DNA of 64,000 nucleotides from Obrimoposthia wandeli (lineage: Eukaryota). The notes under the pieces were generated by a model, which saw only the letters and a list, made by a program, of their open reading frames with translations, did no database searches and was not told the origin of the DNA. Shown here in pieces: positions 1 through 13,860 of this stretch; the first letter of the stretch is position 1; every line of letters starts with the position of its first letter. The translations under genes and the position numbers were made by a program. The stretch spans positions 620,001 to 684,000 of the forward strand of contig CDROCS010000103.1 in assembly GCA_977020255.1 (NCBI GenBank), given 5' to 3'.

Positions 1-270
1 TGTTAATAATTTATATATTTAAACTAATTTAATAGAATCAACGCTTGTAGAAGGACGACGAGTTCCCCTTTTGAGAACAATATGGATTTCTCAAAATGAA
101 ACTAAAGATGGGGACGCTGTCGGTATGTGTATAGATCAACCAATGTATCTTCCAGTTTCTCTCTTTTCTATAAACAATATTGAAGTAAATATTAGAGATG
201 ATTCCGGACAACTAATATATTTCACGTACGGGCCAAGACAAGTTTAACAATACATTTAAGAAAACAAAAT
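1..270 (+). pseudogene. Polinton minor capsid (penton-like) protein, C-terminal fragment
   Basis: Translates as DQPMYLPVSLFSINNIEVNIRDDSGQLIYF, then after a frameshift KTSLTIHLRK, matching the typical P.YLP...IEI.IRDD.G....F......LHFR end of Polinton minor capsids; lies directly upstream of the capsid module. Confidence 0.68.
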
Positions 271-646
271 GGCGAATCCAGCAATAATTGAGGCTTATAG
301 TCAAAGCCAACAAGGTGGAAAATTACCATATTTTGTTGGTAAACAATATAGATCTGGCTGGCTTAGAACATTAGGTAGATTTGCCTTTCCTCTTTTAAAG
401 AGACACGGACGATTTAAATCAAAATTAGGAAAGGAGTACCTTTCATCTAAGGACAATAAACTAATACCAACTTTTAAGAAGCATGCACTTGATGAACTTG
501 ATAATGTTTTGCCTGAAGTTGCTAATTTGATTAGAAAACGTAAATCAAATAAATGCCAAGGAGGTAGTGGATTTAAAAGTAAAAAGAAGCAAAAAATCAA
601 TATAAACAAACGTAAGAAAGTTGAAGGAACAATATTTGCAAAATGA
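269..646 (+). CDS. Small basic Polinton virion-core-like protein (125 aa)
   Basis: Y..Q.GG.LPYF.G...R....GRFAFPLLK motif and Lys-rich C-terminus resemble the conserved small ORF between minor and major capsid genes; ATGA overlap with the major capsid start at 643. Confidence 0.62.
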   Translation: MANPAIIEAYSQSQQGGKLPYFVGKQYRSGWLRTLGRFAFPLLKRHGRFKSKLGKEYLSSKDNKLIPTFKKHALDELDNVLPEVANLIRKRKSNKCQGGSGFKSKKKQKININKRKKVEGTIFAK

Positions 647-1868
647 GTTGCGTCAAAACCGAATTGTGTATTTTTGATAAACCACTTCCACAAGTAGTTG
701 TAGATAATGCATCATTTGAATAAATATTTCTAGTTAACTCAGTTTCAGGAACCACTTTAACCGATTTAGAATTTAACATTAATGGTTCCAATAGCAAGTA
801 TTTAGATTTGAATGATACTTTGCTTTATGTTCAAATAAAAGTATTAAATGGGGATGGTACTAATTTAGATAAAAATGCCGATGTAACACCTGTAAATTAT
901 CTCTTTAATTCTTTATTTAGTGATGCCATTGTTACTCTTAATAATGTCAAAATTGAAGGTGGAAATTCTTTCTATGCTCATAAAGCTTTGATTGAAAGTA
1001 TTTTGAATTATACTACTGATACTTAAAATACTAATTTGGCAACCATTGGTTATGATAAAACGGTCGCAACTCGCAAAGAATGGATTGCGGATTCTAAAGC
1101 TTATGAAATGTGTGGGTCTTTGAGATTGAATTTCTTTGAACAACCGAAATATTTAATTTTCGGTGTTAATGTACATCTTCGTTTAAAACAAAATAAATGG
1201 AATTTTTCTTTGATAAGGCCAGACGTTCTAAAACCTAGAATTGATATTTTGGATGCAAAATTGTATGTCCGAAGACTTAAAACGGAGCAATCAGTTTTAA
1301 TGGCCCATAATATATGAATGGAAAAAACAATGCTTGTTATCCTATAAGAGAAACTAAACTTATATCCTATTCTTTAGGTACGGGTACACAAGCTTTTAAT
1401 AAGGATCAAATGTTTGGTGATGTAAGATTACCGAATTCATTTTAATTTCTTTCAAAAAACTGCAAAGTATCTAGGAAATTATACGACAGATGCAACTCAA
1501 TTTGACAATCTTAATGTAGGTTCAGTGACACTTTCAAGAAATACTGATTATCGTGAAACATATAAAACAGATTTCGAAGGTGACGCTTATGCTTTGGCTT
1601 ATACCCAATCTATTATTCGGAATTTGGGTCAACTAGATAAAAATATAAACAATGTATTTCTTTCACTGAGTTTAAAAGTAGCTGCCCGTTCTTCACATTT
1701 GTTTTGGCACCAGACTTTGATATAATCCAATGCCAACTACCAAAGGATGGAAATTTACGACTATAAATTAAGTTCAATGCAGCTTTAACACATCCTACTA
1801 CGGTGCTTATTTACGGAGTGTTTGATTCGGAAATACAAATCAATAAAAACAGAACTGTCATATTATAG
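643..1868 (+). pseudogene. Polinton major capsid protein (double jelly-roll, hexon-like), disrupted
   Basis: MSCVKTELCIFDKP..., YLDLNDTLLYVQIKV, PVNYLFNSLFS, FFEQPKYLIFGVNVHLRL, DAKLYVRR and terminal VLIYGVFDSEIQINKNR motifs; several in-frame stops and frameshifts. Confidence 0.85.
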
Positions 1869-1933
1869 AATGAAGTAAAACATATTTTCAAAATTTATAT
1901 TTATTAATTTTATTTAGTTCAGTACAAGTACAA

Positions 1934-2251
1934 GAATCAGCAGAGAAGGTCCTGGGTGATAAATTCAATGGAGTTAATCCAATTGATATGATACCATTTT
2001 TTCAATCTGGAGGTTACATTATCAATACTCATACTTCGAATTTACCAGGAGAACATTGGATAGCTATTTATGTTAAAGAGTGGACAATACATGTATTTGA
2101 CCCACTTGCAATGTATTATCCACACAAACTTGTTTCAACTATTCAAAAAGGACGAAGAAGAGTATTTTACAACAAGATACAATAACAGGATCCTGCGACG
2201 AGAAACTGTGGACATTTATGTATTTTATGGTTATCGTTGCAAAACGATTAG
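1934..2251 (+). pseudogene. Adenain-like cysteine protease (Polinton PRO), one in-frame stop at 2183-2185
   Basis: IINTHTSNLPGEHWIAI (His), VFDPL (Asp), then after the stop QDPATRNCGHLC (Gln, Cys). Confidence 0.9.
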
Positions 2252-2513
2252 TGTGTTATAAAAATAAATATTTTTAATGTTTTTTTTTGAATTATTTTTA
2301 AAATCCCTAAAAAATATAAGGGTAAAATAATAAAAGACATAAGACGAATTTTTTTAATACATTTATTAAACACAACATCACAATGAGATCTGTCAGCAAA
2401 GATAAGGTCCAACCTAACAAATGTATTGAAATAACAAAAAGTTAGAGTCAAGGTACCATAGGGATCTAAAATTTAAAAAAACTAAACTAAAAAAATCAAA
2501 AAATGAAAACCGT

Positions 2514-2930
2514 TTAAATTCGGAAGTGTCCATAAGTCAGGCTAGCGTTCTTTTCTACCCAAAAGCGCTTGTCGTCATTACTACTCAAAGCGATTTTGGA
2601 TGATTTATGGGAATACAGTTGATGGACTCTTGAAATAAATCTAGTTTGCTCAACGCTTTCAATACACCCTGTATCATAAACTTTCCGGTAGGCCTCATGT
2701 GTAAGATTGTTTCTTCTCACACCCTTTGCTCTCATTGAACATGTATTATTAGATGCATGTAAACTGTAGCATTTAGGGCGTAGGAAAATACAATCATCAT
2801 ACGAAACCTTTCCCTCGCTTTCATCCATAAATTTCCCGATAAAATCTTTTAAACTCATAGAGTGTAGATGATGGTTAGCGGGATATTTATAGGTATCTAA
2901 TAAGTTGATTATTTAAACTAACATTCCTAC
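2514..2930 (-). pseudogene. polB: Protein-primed family B DNA polymerase, C-terminal fragment
   Basis: LDTYKYPANHHLHS, GKFMDE, FLRPKCYS, RAKGV, ALSSNDDKR, LTYGHFRI motifs typical of Polinton/adintovirus PolB ends; 5' part missing. Confidence 0.9.
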
Positions 2931-5499
2931 ATTCTAAAAAGAAAGAGTCAGGGTCCCCAGCTGCGATTTTGATCTCACAATCGAGTTGTTATAATATTAA
3001 TATTAAAATTGTTCTTTGTTAATATATTTCGTAGATTAGCATTATTTTGTATGGTTATTGTTTTATTTATTCATATTATTATTGGTTTATCTCTAAAAAT
3101 ATGTATTTTCCAGCTGAAATATACTTTTATTCTACCTGAAAAAAATCCAGATTTTTATACATTCTCATTTTAGCTTTAACGATTAGCTTTTGCAATCCTT
3201 CACATTGTTAGATTAAGAAAAATTAAAATATAAATTAATTATATAAAATTGCAATGAAAATATGTTTTCAAAATAAATTGAGGCTTTATTAATTAAATGA
3301 AGACCTTGGAAAGGTCATGAAATGTATATAAGTACAAGAAAAGTGTAGAAATAAGCCCAGAAAATACGAAGAAATCAAAGAAGATTTGAGAACTTCAAAA
3401 ATTAGAATAAATAGTTTAGCGATTGCCTTTCGATCGACGAGATACAGGTAATAATTTGGTGACTATCGCAGCATCCAGCATTCCAGCAGTTGACCCAGGT
3501 AAGCTTATAAATAAGCAATGATTCATTATCGAACAGCAGCTGTAGAAAATCGGAACACCAGTTATTCGAAAAAGAAGAAGTTGCAGAGAAAACATCGTTT
3601 TAAGAAGGAGTTGAATTGGTAGCTAATTTGAGAATAAGTTGAATCAAGTTGATCAAAGAAAGACTTTGCTAGGAGCGTGGATATCATAAGGAAATGGGAC
3701 TACAACAATCGGCGAGGGTGAATATTATCATAAAAGTGAATTTAATCAATATTGTTTTTATATAGTGAATTTAGTAAATTGTTATCTTAACGTGAAAATA
3801 CGAATAAAACTCGACTGTGAATTTAAACTTATTTTGTGGTTTAGTGAATAGGTTTTGAATACAAATTGAAGAGGTATTAAAGTAACAAGATTATAAAGTT
3901 ATAGAGTGTCGCCTTACTTTGTGAAAAGTGTAGTATAGATTTTGTTACGAATATTTTTGATTTGTAGCTAGGATTAATATAAAATTTCAAATAAACACCA
4001 GGAATTCTATTTTGGTATTAATTACCCTCGAATAACACTCATAATAACTAACCTTTAAGTCAGCCGAGAATTAACCAATTAGTCCAAGCCCTGATATATT
4101 CAGAGGATTATCGTCATCGTCGATTGGTTCCGGCTTAGTTTTGCTGATTTCTGGTTTTGGTTTAGCCAGATCGTTTTTTAATCTAAATTCTTCATCGGCT
4201 TAATCAGCTTAATACATCAGCCTCACACAACATAACAATACTTTAGGGACCCCCAGTTATCTTAAACAATATCTCTATACACAACACAACCAACAAAAAT
4301 AGAAAACCTTCAGATAAGTGAGACAAACATTTATATAAATTGAGAATAGGTAGGCCACATCCCTATGTAAGCTCTATCGCTACAGAACTCACGCTGGAGG
4401 CCTCCATACGACGATTCTAATAATCAGACATTTATAAGAAAACCCCAACAGCATCTTAATGTCATAAAATTAGAATGTTTAAATGTTATCAGATCGCTTA
4501 TGGATGTTGGATTATTAAAATGTATGCTTTTCTGAACAATTAAGTTAATTTTAAATTCAATTCTTTAATATATGTTGTTATGTTATATATTTTTCGGATT
4601 TGAAATACTAATCTTGCAGCTTTGTTAAAATTAATTTGGAGGTGATTTAAATGTTCAGTAAAAATAATCCAGAGTGAGTAATCATAATAGTCACTTCTCT
4701 CGATAGATAATGACGGATACTAAATATTTGCTTTGAATGATAATTACTTCTTAAAAGTTGTATAATGGTATATTGAGTAGATTTTTCAGGATGGGTTTGA
4801 AAACTTTCTTTCTAATTAATAAAATGGATAAAAAATACGTATTTGTATTTTACATACTTGTGTATTGAATTCGTTATTATTTATCAACAATTTTTAATTA
4901 TCGAGTTAACCAATTTCAACATATACAAACATTTATAGGCAGAATGGTCACTGAATCTTGGCTAGTTGTGATGGATGAAACATTGTAGAAATATTACCAG
5001 GTGCAATGGTTTATTATCGTTATATCGTCCAGGACCAACACAATAATCAGATTTTATCCACTCTACCCGACACAAAGGTACACACACACTCAGTCATGCA
5101 TTCATTTGGTATTTACTGTTTCCCATTTATCAGAACATTATCGCTATACAGGAATAAACGGCAATAACTTCAAAATAAATATGTACATTTAGGAACCGAT
5201 TAAAAATTCAACAACATAATAATGTGACTTCTAATTTTTTACAACTATTTTTCATTCGTTTTTTTAAAGTTACGTAATGTGCTGAATTTTATAAATATCA
5301 GAAAAGATTTACTTTTCCGATAATCATTTATCACTAAAAATGTGTAAAAATAATAAATTATTATAAAATAGATTAAAGGAACATTTATCGTATTTTTGAT
5401 AATATTATGTCTAATCAATATTTATCTCAAGTTAGATTTTTAATAGTGGATTGTTCTAAACTACAAAAGTCGAATGGTTTTTTTGAAGAATATTAAGAG

Positions 5500-6240
5500 A
5501 CATGGAAATAGTACGAACATTCCTCATTATCGTTCTATTCTACGAATTCGCGCAAATGTTATATGTAGGATAGTAAAATTGCTAGTCAAAATATGGAAGG
5601 TGGTCGTCCCTGTTTAACTACATGTTTGGAAAGTGTGTTTTAAAAAGTGATTAATCGTTTCAAAAATAAGTCAGCAATTTCTGCGAGAAAGGCGGAAAAG
5701 CAATTTAATACTGACCCCATTTCAATGTATAGAGTCAAAAACAATAAAAACAATCCCATATCACCCTGTATGCATCTATAAGCTTCATGAAAATGCTATC
5801 ACCTGTTGATTATCATTAGTGGAACAAATGTTAAAATTGCTTGGTAAAACTGAAAGATATATTATTCAATTATGATATTCAGTTTGCATATTTTTGGAGT
5901 TCTATCGTTCTGAGACCAGTATGGTCAAGAGTTTGGTTTGAAGGCATTAATGTTCCGTATTTTTCAACGGAATAGTAACTAAAGGAAGATATACCGACAT
6001 GATACAAAACTGGTTACTTCCACAGTTGCAGAACTTATTTGTGGTTCAAGAAGTTAGGTATCGGTTTATTGCTCAGTGGATTAGGTCGAGATGATACAAT
6101 CAAATGGCAACCAAGCTCAATCGAAATGACTCCTCGTGATTTTGGGTCGTGGATGACTTAAAGCGACAAGTTTTCAAAACCGAAGTTGTGAATATCAAAG
6201 ATGCGAAAGAAAGAATCTCAAGATGTATTCGAAAAAAAAA
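5500..6240 (+). mobile_element. Tc1/mariner-superfamily transposase relic
   Basis: Degenerate VWFEGINVPYF..NG.VT...Y..M.QNWLLPQL and WLGRDDTIKWQPSSIEMTPRDF..DLKRQVFKT...KERI, i.e. the WPxRSPDLTPxDF motif region; many stops. Confidence 0.7.
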
Positions 6241-9200
6241 AATTTAGGGTATGACTGAAAAATATAGAATTCCCATGTTCTATGGATGAGAAATAATATT
6301 TGTATGTGATCATAAAATTTTAAGTCTTATTTTTGTTTAAAAAAAATTAAATTATTTCACTTAAATTTAAAGTGAATTACCACCCTACAAAACATTTATT
6401 GAATGGAAAATCTAATAATCTTTAAAGCATCCATAAAAATGTTTCATATGTCATTGTGCAATGGGAATAAAAACTATTAAAATAATTATGTGTTTCATAA
6501 TTATAAATATTGAACAAGTATCTATAAATAATTAGCAACCTAGCAGCAAAATCATCGAATCTGAAAAATAAATTAAGAATTTTACTAACTAATAAAAAAT
6601 ACTAATAATCAGTCAAATCTCCAACAATTCATCAGTTTTAATATTCGCCCATCAACTCAATCATTCTACCCAATCATACTACTCTCCATCAGACCAAGAG
6701 AAATATCCTCCAAACAACGTATATGAACCCATGACCGTCTCAGGTTATTTACTAATTTACATTATCAGAAATTCAATAATTTTGTTCTATAAAATTCTCG
6801 TTCTCGTTTACATATTGCTAAAAAACTACAGTTTCAGATTTTTGTTGTTGTCACATCTGAATTTTCTTTTCCACAGTCATAAGCAATATGCAGGTTATCG
6901 AAATATATATATATTGATATATTTTCAAGAGAGAGGTCTTATATTATAATTTTAAATTGATATTAGAAAAAGTAGTTACAAATTCAGGAAAACATGTTGA
7001 GAAATGTGTTTTTATTGATTTATTGATACAGAGTTGATATCAATCATTAAATTTATTTTTAATTTTTTGTTGAAAAGATTTATTGCAAATTTATAAATGA
7101 AATAAACTGGAGTGATCATATATTCTAAATAAAATAAAAATATGCATACTATTCAAATTAAAATGTTGGTTAAAATTTTGAAACACCCTGTAATATTGAT
7201 AAATTCAAATTTATCAAATATTTAGTCCTTCTCAGTAAAAGTTTTACGATAACAATTTCAAACACTTTTATTGTCAATTTACAATTTAAAATAAAATTTA
7301 CAAATAGTTTAAAAGCATTTTCTAAACTGTATATTTTATTGTGATTACTTTTAAAAAAAGAGTAAATAATAAATTTTGAAAGATACAAAAAACATAAAAT
7401 AACCTCTTGAAAGGTTAAATTTGAGATATATCATTAATATACTGTATTTCATCATATATGAACCTTACCCATTTCGGTGGCAAAAACCTCTATTTGTGAA
7501 CTATTTAAACTATTTAGTGTAACAATAAAGTAAAAATGTTAGACAGATTTTCCTATGATATAGTCTAATTTTACTTATACAGACAAAAAGATTTTATATA
7601 AATTTCAGTAAAAAATTATTTGTAGCAATAATTAAAGTTTCAATGTAACTTTCACTTTTTCTAAAATAAAACATAAAATTTAATATACAGAAACTTTTAC
7701 AAACAATTTTAAGACAAAAAAAGTTACAAATGAAAACAAAATTCAGGAACCAAGTTTTCCTTAAGACCATCATAGAGAAATTAGCAGAATTTTCTCTTCA
7801 CAAATATAATAACAATCAACAGATTTAAAATTTTCTCCAAACGATTTGTAAACATAAAAATTCTTCAATCGAGTGGTGTTGATTTTTATTCAACTCCAAA
7901 CTCATATTTTCCTTTTTGACAGAATTTTTGAGACGAAATTAGTCAAATAATTTAAGAAATAACTTTGTAACGTTTAGGTGCATGTTATTTATTTGTATTT
8001 TCAAATTTAAATAAATTGTTTTAATAATTACTTTGGTGTGTCGAATTTTGACCAAAATATTAAATTAAAGAGTTCGTTATTCATATGATCCATTTCTGTT
8101 GGACTTATATACGGAAACATGTTACATTATATGGGAAAATATTGTTTTCGATTTATTTCCAATTAAACTTTGTTATTTAAAAAAGCTGGTAACATTTATA
8201 TTTATTTATAGCTTGGGAGAATTATAATAGAACAAAGATAATTTTTATAGTGGGATGGTACTCATAATGAATTTTCATTCTCATCTTCGATTTAATTAAA
8301 TTTAAAATTTATTTGAATATCTAAGTATAAATCATAAAGTTTTAAGATAGTAACATAAACTAATAAACGTGCTCCTGTTTTAGTATTTTTAAAATAGAAA
8401 AACCATAACTGATACATTATTCAGAAGGATCCTTCGTTTCGTTTTGTATTTTCAGAAACTTTTATTTTAATTTTGCCGATTGCAGTAAATAAAACCAAAA
8501 AAATTCCTCCTTTGGTTAAAAATAATTAATACGAAGGTTATGTTATTTTAATTCTTATATCATATGAATTTTATTTAAATCGCAAACGAGAGATTTTGAA
8601 TGCTGTGTATCATTATTCTCAAACGTAAAATATTTTAAACAATGTAAATAGCTGTACAAGTTATGTATCAAGTTTCACATCTGATATACCTCGATATGAC
8701 ATTCTCAATTTAAAAAATATTTTAATGAATGAAATAAAAACAAGAATGAAACAATTATTAATTTTTGTCAATTCGGGTTTCTGAAGAAACTTTTAAATTC
8801 AGTTGTTTATGTATCATTAGATTTTTGTAAGATGTTTAATTATAAGTGTAACAAACGTGCTTCCGTATCTTAAAATAAAGAAATAAATACTAAAAAACCT
8901 TTTGTTATACATTGAAGATTTAGAAAACTATTTAAGGCAATATAAATTGCGCATTTTGTTTTATGAACATTCTAAATTTTTGTTATATTTTTAAAAAAGC
9001 AGAATATAATACGGTGAAACTTTACAACTTGAAAGTACTCTTAGTTGTCTTTAAATAAAATGAATAAAGAAGCAATAATATTATAAATGGTTTTCTTTTC
9101 TCTACACAGTCAAACTATAATCAGTAAAAATAACATAATATTAACCGAGGTAAAACGCAACAAAGAGGGTACTGAAAATCAGAAAATTTTCCAAATATAA

Positions 9201-9513
9201 GTCAAATGAAGAAATATATGATACTTGAATTCTTTTTTTAATGTACTAGCATTTTTATTCTAGATTTGTGCGATCTCAATTTTCTTTTTCTCAATTTCAC
9301 TATAAACCTGTGCCATATTTGGTGATTTTAATAAAAAACTGTTTGTTCGGTTTTTCACTTCTTACTCTATCTTTAATAAAAGCGTCAGTCAGTTCTTCTT
9401 CGCTAACATTGATTTCCATCGTGGAATCAACAAGTTTTCTAACTCTAATGCTGAACCATGAGAAACGTTCGATTTCTATTTGCTTCAATTTTGCGAGTTT
9501 GCTTAATTTATCA

Positions 9514-9679
9514 ATAATGTATTGATTTTATAGACATTTTCTTTTAACCATTTGTTGAATTTACTGTTTCACTGTATCTTTCGAGAATAATGTATTGAAT
9601 ATAATGTATTGATTTTATAGACATTTTCTTTTAACCATTTGTTGAATTTACTGTTTCACTGTATCTTTCGAGAATAATT
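9514..9679. repeat. Tandem duplication with 87-bp period (two near-identical copies)
   Basis: ATAATGTATTGATTTTATAGACATTTTC...CGAGAATAAT occurs at 9514 and 9601. Confidence 0.92.
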
Positions 9680-12281
9680 GCAGCTTCATCCGACAACAGC
9701 ATATCAAATTAAGATCATTTGCGTTGACCCATTCTCCTATATATTTTAACCATTTTCACCCACCTTTAAACTCGTTCCATAATATTTGCTTATGTGGTAC
9801 TGCAACATCATTCTAGTTTGTTGTAGAAGAAACCTGAGAATATTCTTTTCTGCTTATATTTAAGATAATTGAAACTTTCAAATATTTTAATTTCAATAAT
9901 TCAAATTATACTTTTTTATACATTTAAATATCAAGTTATTATAATATAATTTAAAATGTTTAATGTAAAAATGTAGATAGGGGAATATTTTTAGATGGCA
10001 CTGACATTGATTATAGAAATTAATTTAAAATTTATTCAATATAAACCAAAATCCAGTTTTCCAATATGGCGACCATTTAAAACTTGTATTTTCTTTCATC
10101 CCTGAACCGAATGATCAAGCTCTGAAATAAACACGTCTTTGATGAAGAAATGCCATTCAAGATATCGAAATCTTAAATATACCGTGGTAATTAATATTCC
10201 AATCATTGAACTTTTACAGCTGATATTTCGTGCCAACTTTATTCACTTCTAAAATTCAGGACCTGTCACAGATGAAGGCATATATCAAAATGAACAATAA
10301 ATCATTAATAATTCAGAGAATAATAAAGCTGCAGCTGGTCCGAATAACTGTCTGAGTTTTCTTTTGGTTTGCTCCATTTGCATATCTTGGGCTACGTCGC
10401 GAAAAATCCCGAAATTAATGGAATATATTATATAATTAAAATATTTAAATTTCTATATTCGTAACTGAACTCCGTATATTTGCAAAAAATTGTACTCATG
10501 CAAAACAAATGGTTAATTAAAATTAATTATTTCTAAAATCAGCATTAGATTCCAAAGACAAGCCTCATATACTCATTCTACAAAAGACATTCTTAAGTTG
10601 TGTGAAATACTTTTAGCAAATTTTGAAAAATTCTTTTTTCACATGAAAATCGAAAATTATTACGATCCATAACTTTTAATACGTGTTTAAAAATATTGAA
10701 GAATAAATGTGTAAATAATCTTAGCAATACATCGGTTGGTTGAGATTTGTTTATTGTTTATTTTTACTTATTCTTATTTAGTTTAGAGTAAAATTTCAAA
10801 TAATTAAAGTTTTACTATCTTTATTGTTTTTCTGTTATTTAATATTTCTTCTTCTTAATAAATTCAATTTATAACATCACAGTAGAATGTTTTTTAATAT
10901 ATTACTTAGATGAATACTAGACGACGTAATGGCTTATCAGGAGAGATATACGCATCTAAAAACTGACAAGGAATAAATCAATGATTAACCGATTTTTAGC
11001 AAATCCAACATCATATGACAACAGAAAATTCAATGAGGCCATCAAAATTGCCAGCAAGGGACAATGGAAATAATGTATTAGAAGCAAGAAAGGGAAATTG
11101 CAGTGCAGATCATATAAAAACCATGAAAAGAAGCCCCAATAGACGACTGCTAATGTTTGTTTCATGAGCTTGTTGGATCAGAGTGATGCAGCGGCATATG
11201 TAATATTCAATCAACTAAACGCTAATAGGCAAATAATAAAGAATGAACTTTGAAATATTTTTATTCAGAAATTTTCCAAGGAATGGGTTTGAGCAAACTT
11301 CAATCGACGGCATGTATCAGTACATAATAAACGAGTCGGTTATTGTGTTCCGAAATGATTATATTTGAAATATATGTTTAACAAATGTCTTATTTTCTTT
11401 TCTTATACATTGAAGGAAATTAATATACTTTGCATTATTTTTACACTTGCACCACAGAGGCAAAGGGTTTGTGTAACAAATTTCCTAACAATGGTTAAGA
11501 AAGTAAAATAATTTTTAAACGATATTATAATGAACATCTTTATGTGGCTTTAAACTCGATGCAAAAGACAGTGATTGGGTTTCTGTATGTCATATTTCCC
11601 TCTCAAATAACGACACGCTACCTTCTTGGGGTTCTGACCACGTGCAAAGAACGTGTTCTAAGAAGATGAATATCTTGAAGTCTTAAAGGTGACTTCAAAG
11701 GTCCAACTAAAATAAACAATGATTTATTGATGGCTTCTTGCCGGTTTAGAAATACTTGATGAAACAAAAAGTCATCATACGGTAGCAGAGAATATTATGA
11801 TTTTTGTAATAGAAATTGCGTTATTAAAACTCAAAAGTCTCAAATCATATGCAATAAAAGCTCAGTACATTGATCGACTGCAGAAAAAATATGAAAACAT
11901 TTGTAAAATAACGTCTTATTTAAAAGTAAGTTAAAAAAAGAAGCAACTTTGTAACATGCCATAATAATAAGTGAACAGTTCAGCGAAGATAACATTCAAA
12001 TTTACTCATATTTCCGCATCAAAGATTACATTAACGTTTTACTCAATTTTCTCCAACTCCTCTCTTAAACCTGTCTTCATAAATTGACCTAGTCTGTCAT
12101 GACTGTGGGGGCTCTATGAGATTTCCAGTTTTAAGAGGTCTAAAATGGGGTTAAATAGTATTTTGTGGTGGGCAAAGTAGAGGGGTAGTTAAAAAACAGT
12201 TGTACATTACTTTATAAAATTCTCAAAATACAATATAGTTATTTAGTGGCAGTGATATGGTACACACGAGGATAAATTGAT

Positions 12282-12411
12282 AAGTAAAAATGGCACAAGT
12301 AAAAATGGCACAAGTAAAAATGGTATAAGTAAAATTGGCATAAGTAAAAATGGCACAAGTAAAAATGGCATAAGTAAAAATGGCACAAGTAAAAATTACT
12401 TAAGTACAAAT
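12282..12411. repeat. 15-bp minisatellite (AAGTAAAAATGGCAY), 8 copies plus a partial one
   Basis: Directly visible tandem units starting at 12282, 12297, 12312 and onward. Confidence 0.95.
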
Positions 12412-13539
12412 CCGTCATAGGAAATATTAAAAAAAGAAAGTATGTATAAATATTTCGATCGATTTACTCTGCATCAAACACATTGCCATAGTTCAATTTC
12501 TGTTCGTGTAACATTATCAACCTAACGAAATAAAGGCATATATAGATGTATAATTGTAAACTATTTTACTCCTCAAAGGATTTTCCATGTATGCTCAAAA
12601 TAAGTCTGATTTTTGTAGACAAAACGTTAAAAATGTTTTACATTTAATTCTTCTATTAAAATTATTCCAAATTTTAAATTTCAATCTATATATATTCAAG
12701 AATAATTTATTAATATTGAAATTTGGAAATGTTTGATATACACATTATTATACAATTTATAATATAATGTGCATAAAATAAAATGTAAAAATAATTATTT
12801 GGAATTTTTTTATTTTATTTTAACAAAGATTGTCATGAAATTCTTTTTAAATATTATTGATATTCTCACATGTTATTTATTGTTATATTATTATATTTAC
12901 CTGATCGTATTTATAATTTTATAAACTCTATATTTTATTCTCATTTTAATTTGGCAAATTCTGCAATCAGTTTAAGAAATGCTAATAAAATAATATTAAA
13001 GTGATTTTATAAAATCTAATTTAAGGCTTGATCAAAACCGAAAGTAATTTTGATTATTGATGTTTACAGAGATTATCAAAATGAACTACCCTGAAAATTC
13101 TTAAAGACCGGGGATTTGTTATTTCCTTTTTGTCAGCAAATTTAACTTCTCATGTCAACCAAATGATCCATTGTTAAATGATATTTTTAAAGAGATTCGA
13201 GATTCTTTTGAATATTTCATGTGGAAAATGTCATAAGTTAATTATGAAATGGCAAAACTACTGATATCAACGTTGGCTTGCGCTTAATAGAAATAAAATC
13301 AAAACTTGCGATATGGTTGAAAACCACTTTCAAAAGACTTTCCTTTTTTAATGAATTAATAATAGCAGCATATTCACTAACTGGTATCAAACTTAAATCG
13401 TTTAAAATGTAAATATATATATTTATGCGTATTTTGAATCGTTAAATAGTTCAAATCCTTATACATTTCATCTCTATTATATATACTAAATAAAGTTAAA
13501 TGTATTTTTAAAAAATTAATGAAAATAAAATTCTTAAAC

Positions 13540-13860
13540 TAAGACAAAACTAAAGCTTTCATGTTTGGTTCAACAAAGAATTTTTAACAACTAGAAAGTT
13601 CTATATCAGATATTGATGTATATTTAACTTAAATCTGTCTTGGATTCCACAAATAAACAAAACAGTAAAGATATGCAATTTTGAACTGAAGAAAATATTT
13701 AAAATTCAAAAATACTATTACACAAAATATTTCATCATTCAATCTAAATTTCTACAAATCACTCCTCTACAGTACTCCAAAATGTTACTTTAGAAGCAGC
13801 AAATGATTCAGAACAGAGCTGTACGCTTTATATTTAAAATTAAAAAGGTGGCAGTATAAA
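13540..13860 (+). mobile_element. LINE (L2/CR1-like) RT C-terminal relic
   Basis: Degenerate KTKAFMFGS and YSTPKCYF..QMIQNRAVRFI, resembling the LQ..QNRAARxI end of CR1/L2 RT. Confidence 0.52.

Larger units (their letters stand above)
1..2940. mobile_element. Decayed Polinton/Maverick (adintovirus-like) segment, truncated by the window edge on the left and by unrelated DNA at ~2940
   Basis: Cluster of minor capsid end, small basic ORF, major capsid and adenain (+) with convergent pPolB C-terminus (-); in-frame stops and frameshifts in the capsid and protease genes. Confidence 0.88.

Noticed and set aside
3000-4250. Solo LTR or TIR element truncating the Polinton PolB
   Set aside because: No convincing TG..CA ends, TIRs or TSD; the GGGTCCCC and GGGACCCC motifs at ~2952 and ~4246 are too short and their flanks do not extend an inverted repeat.
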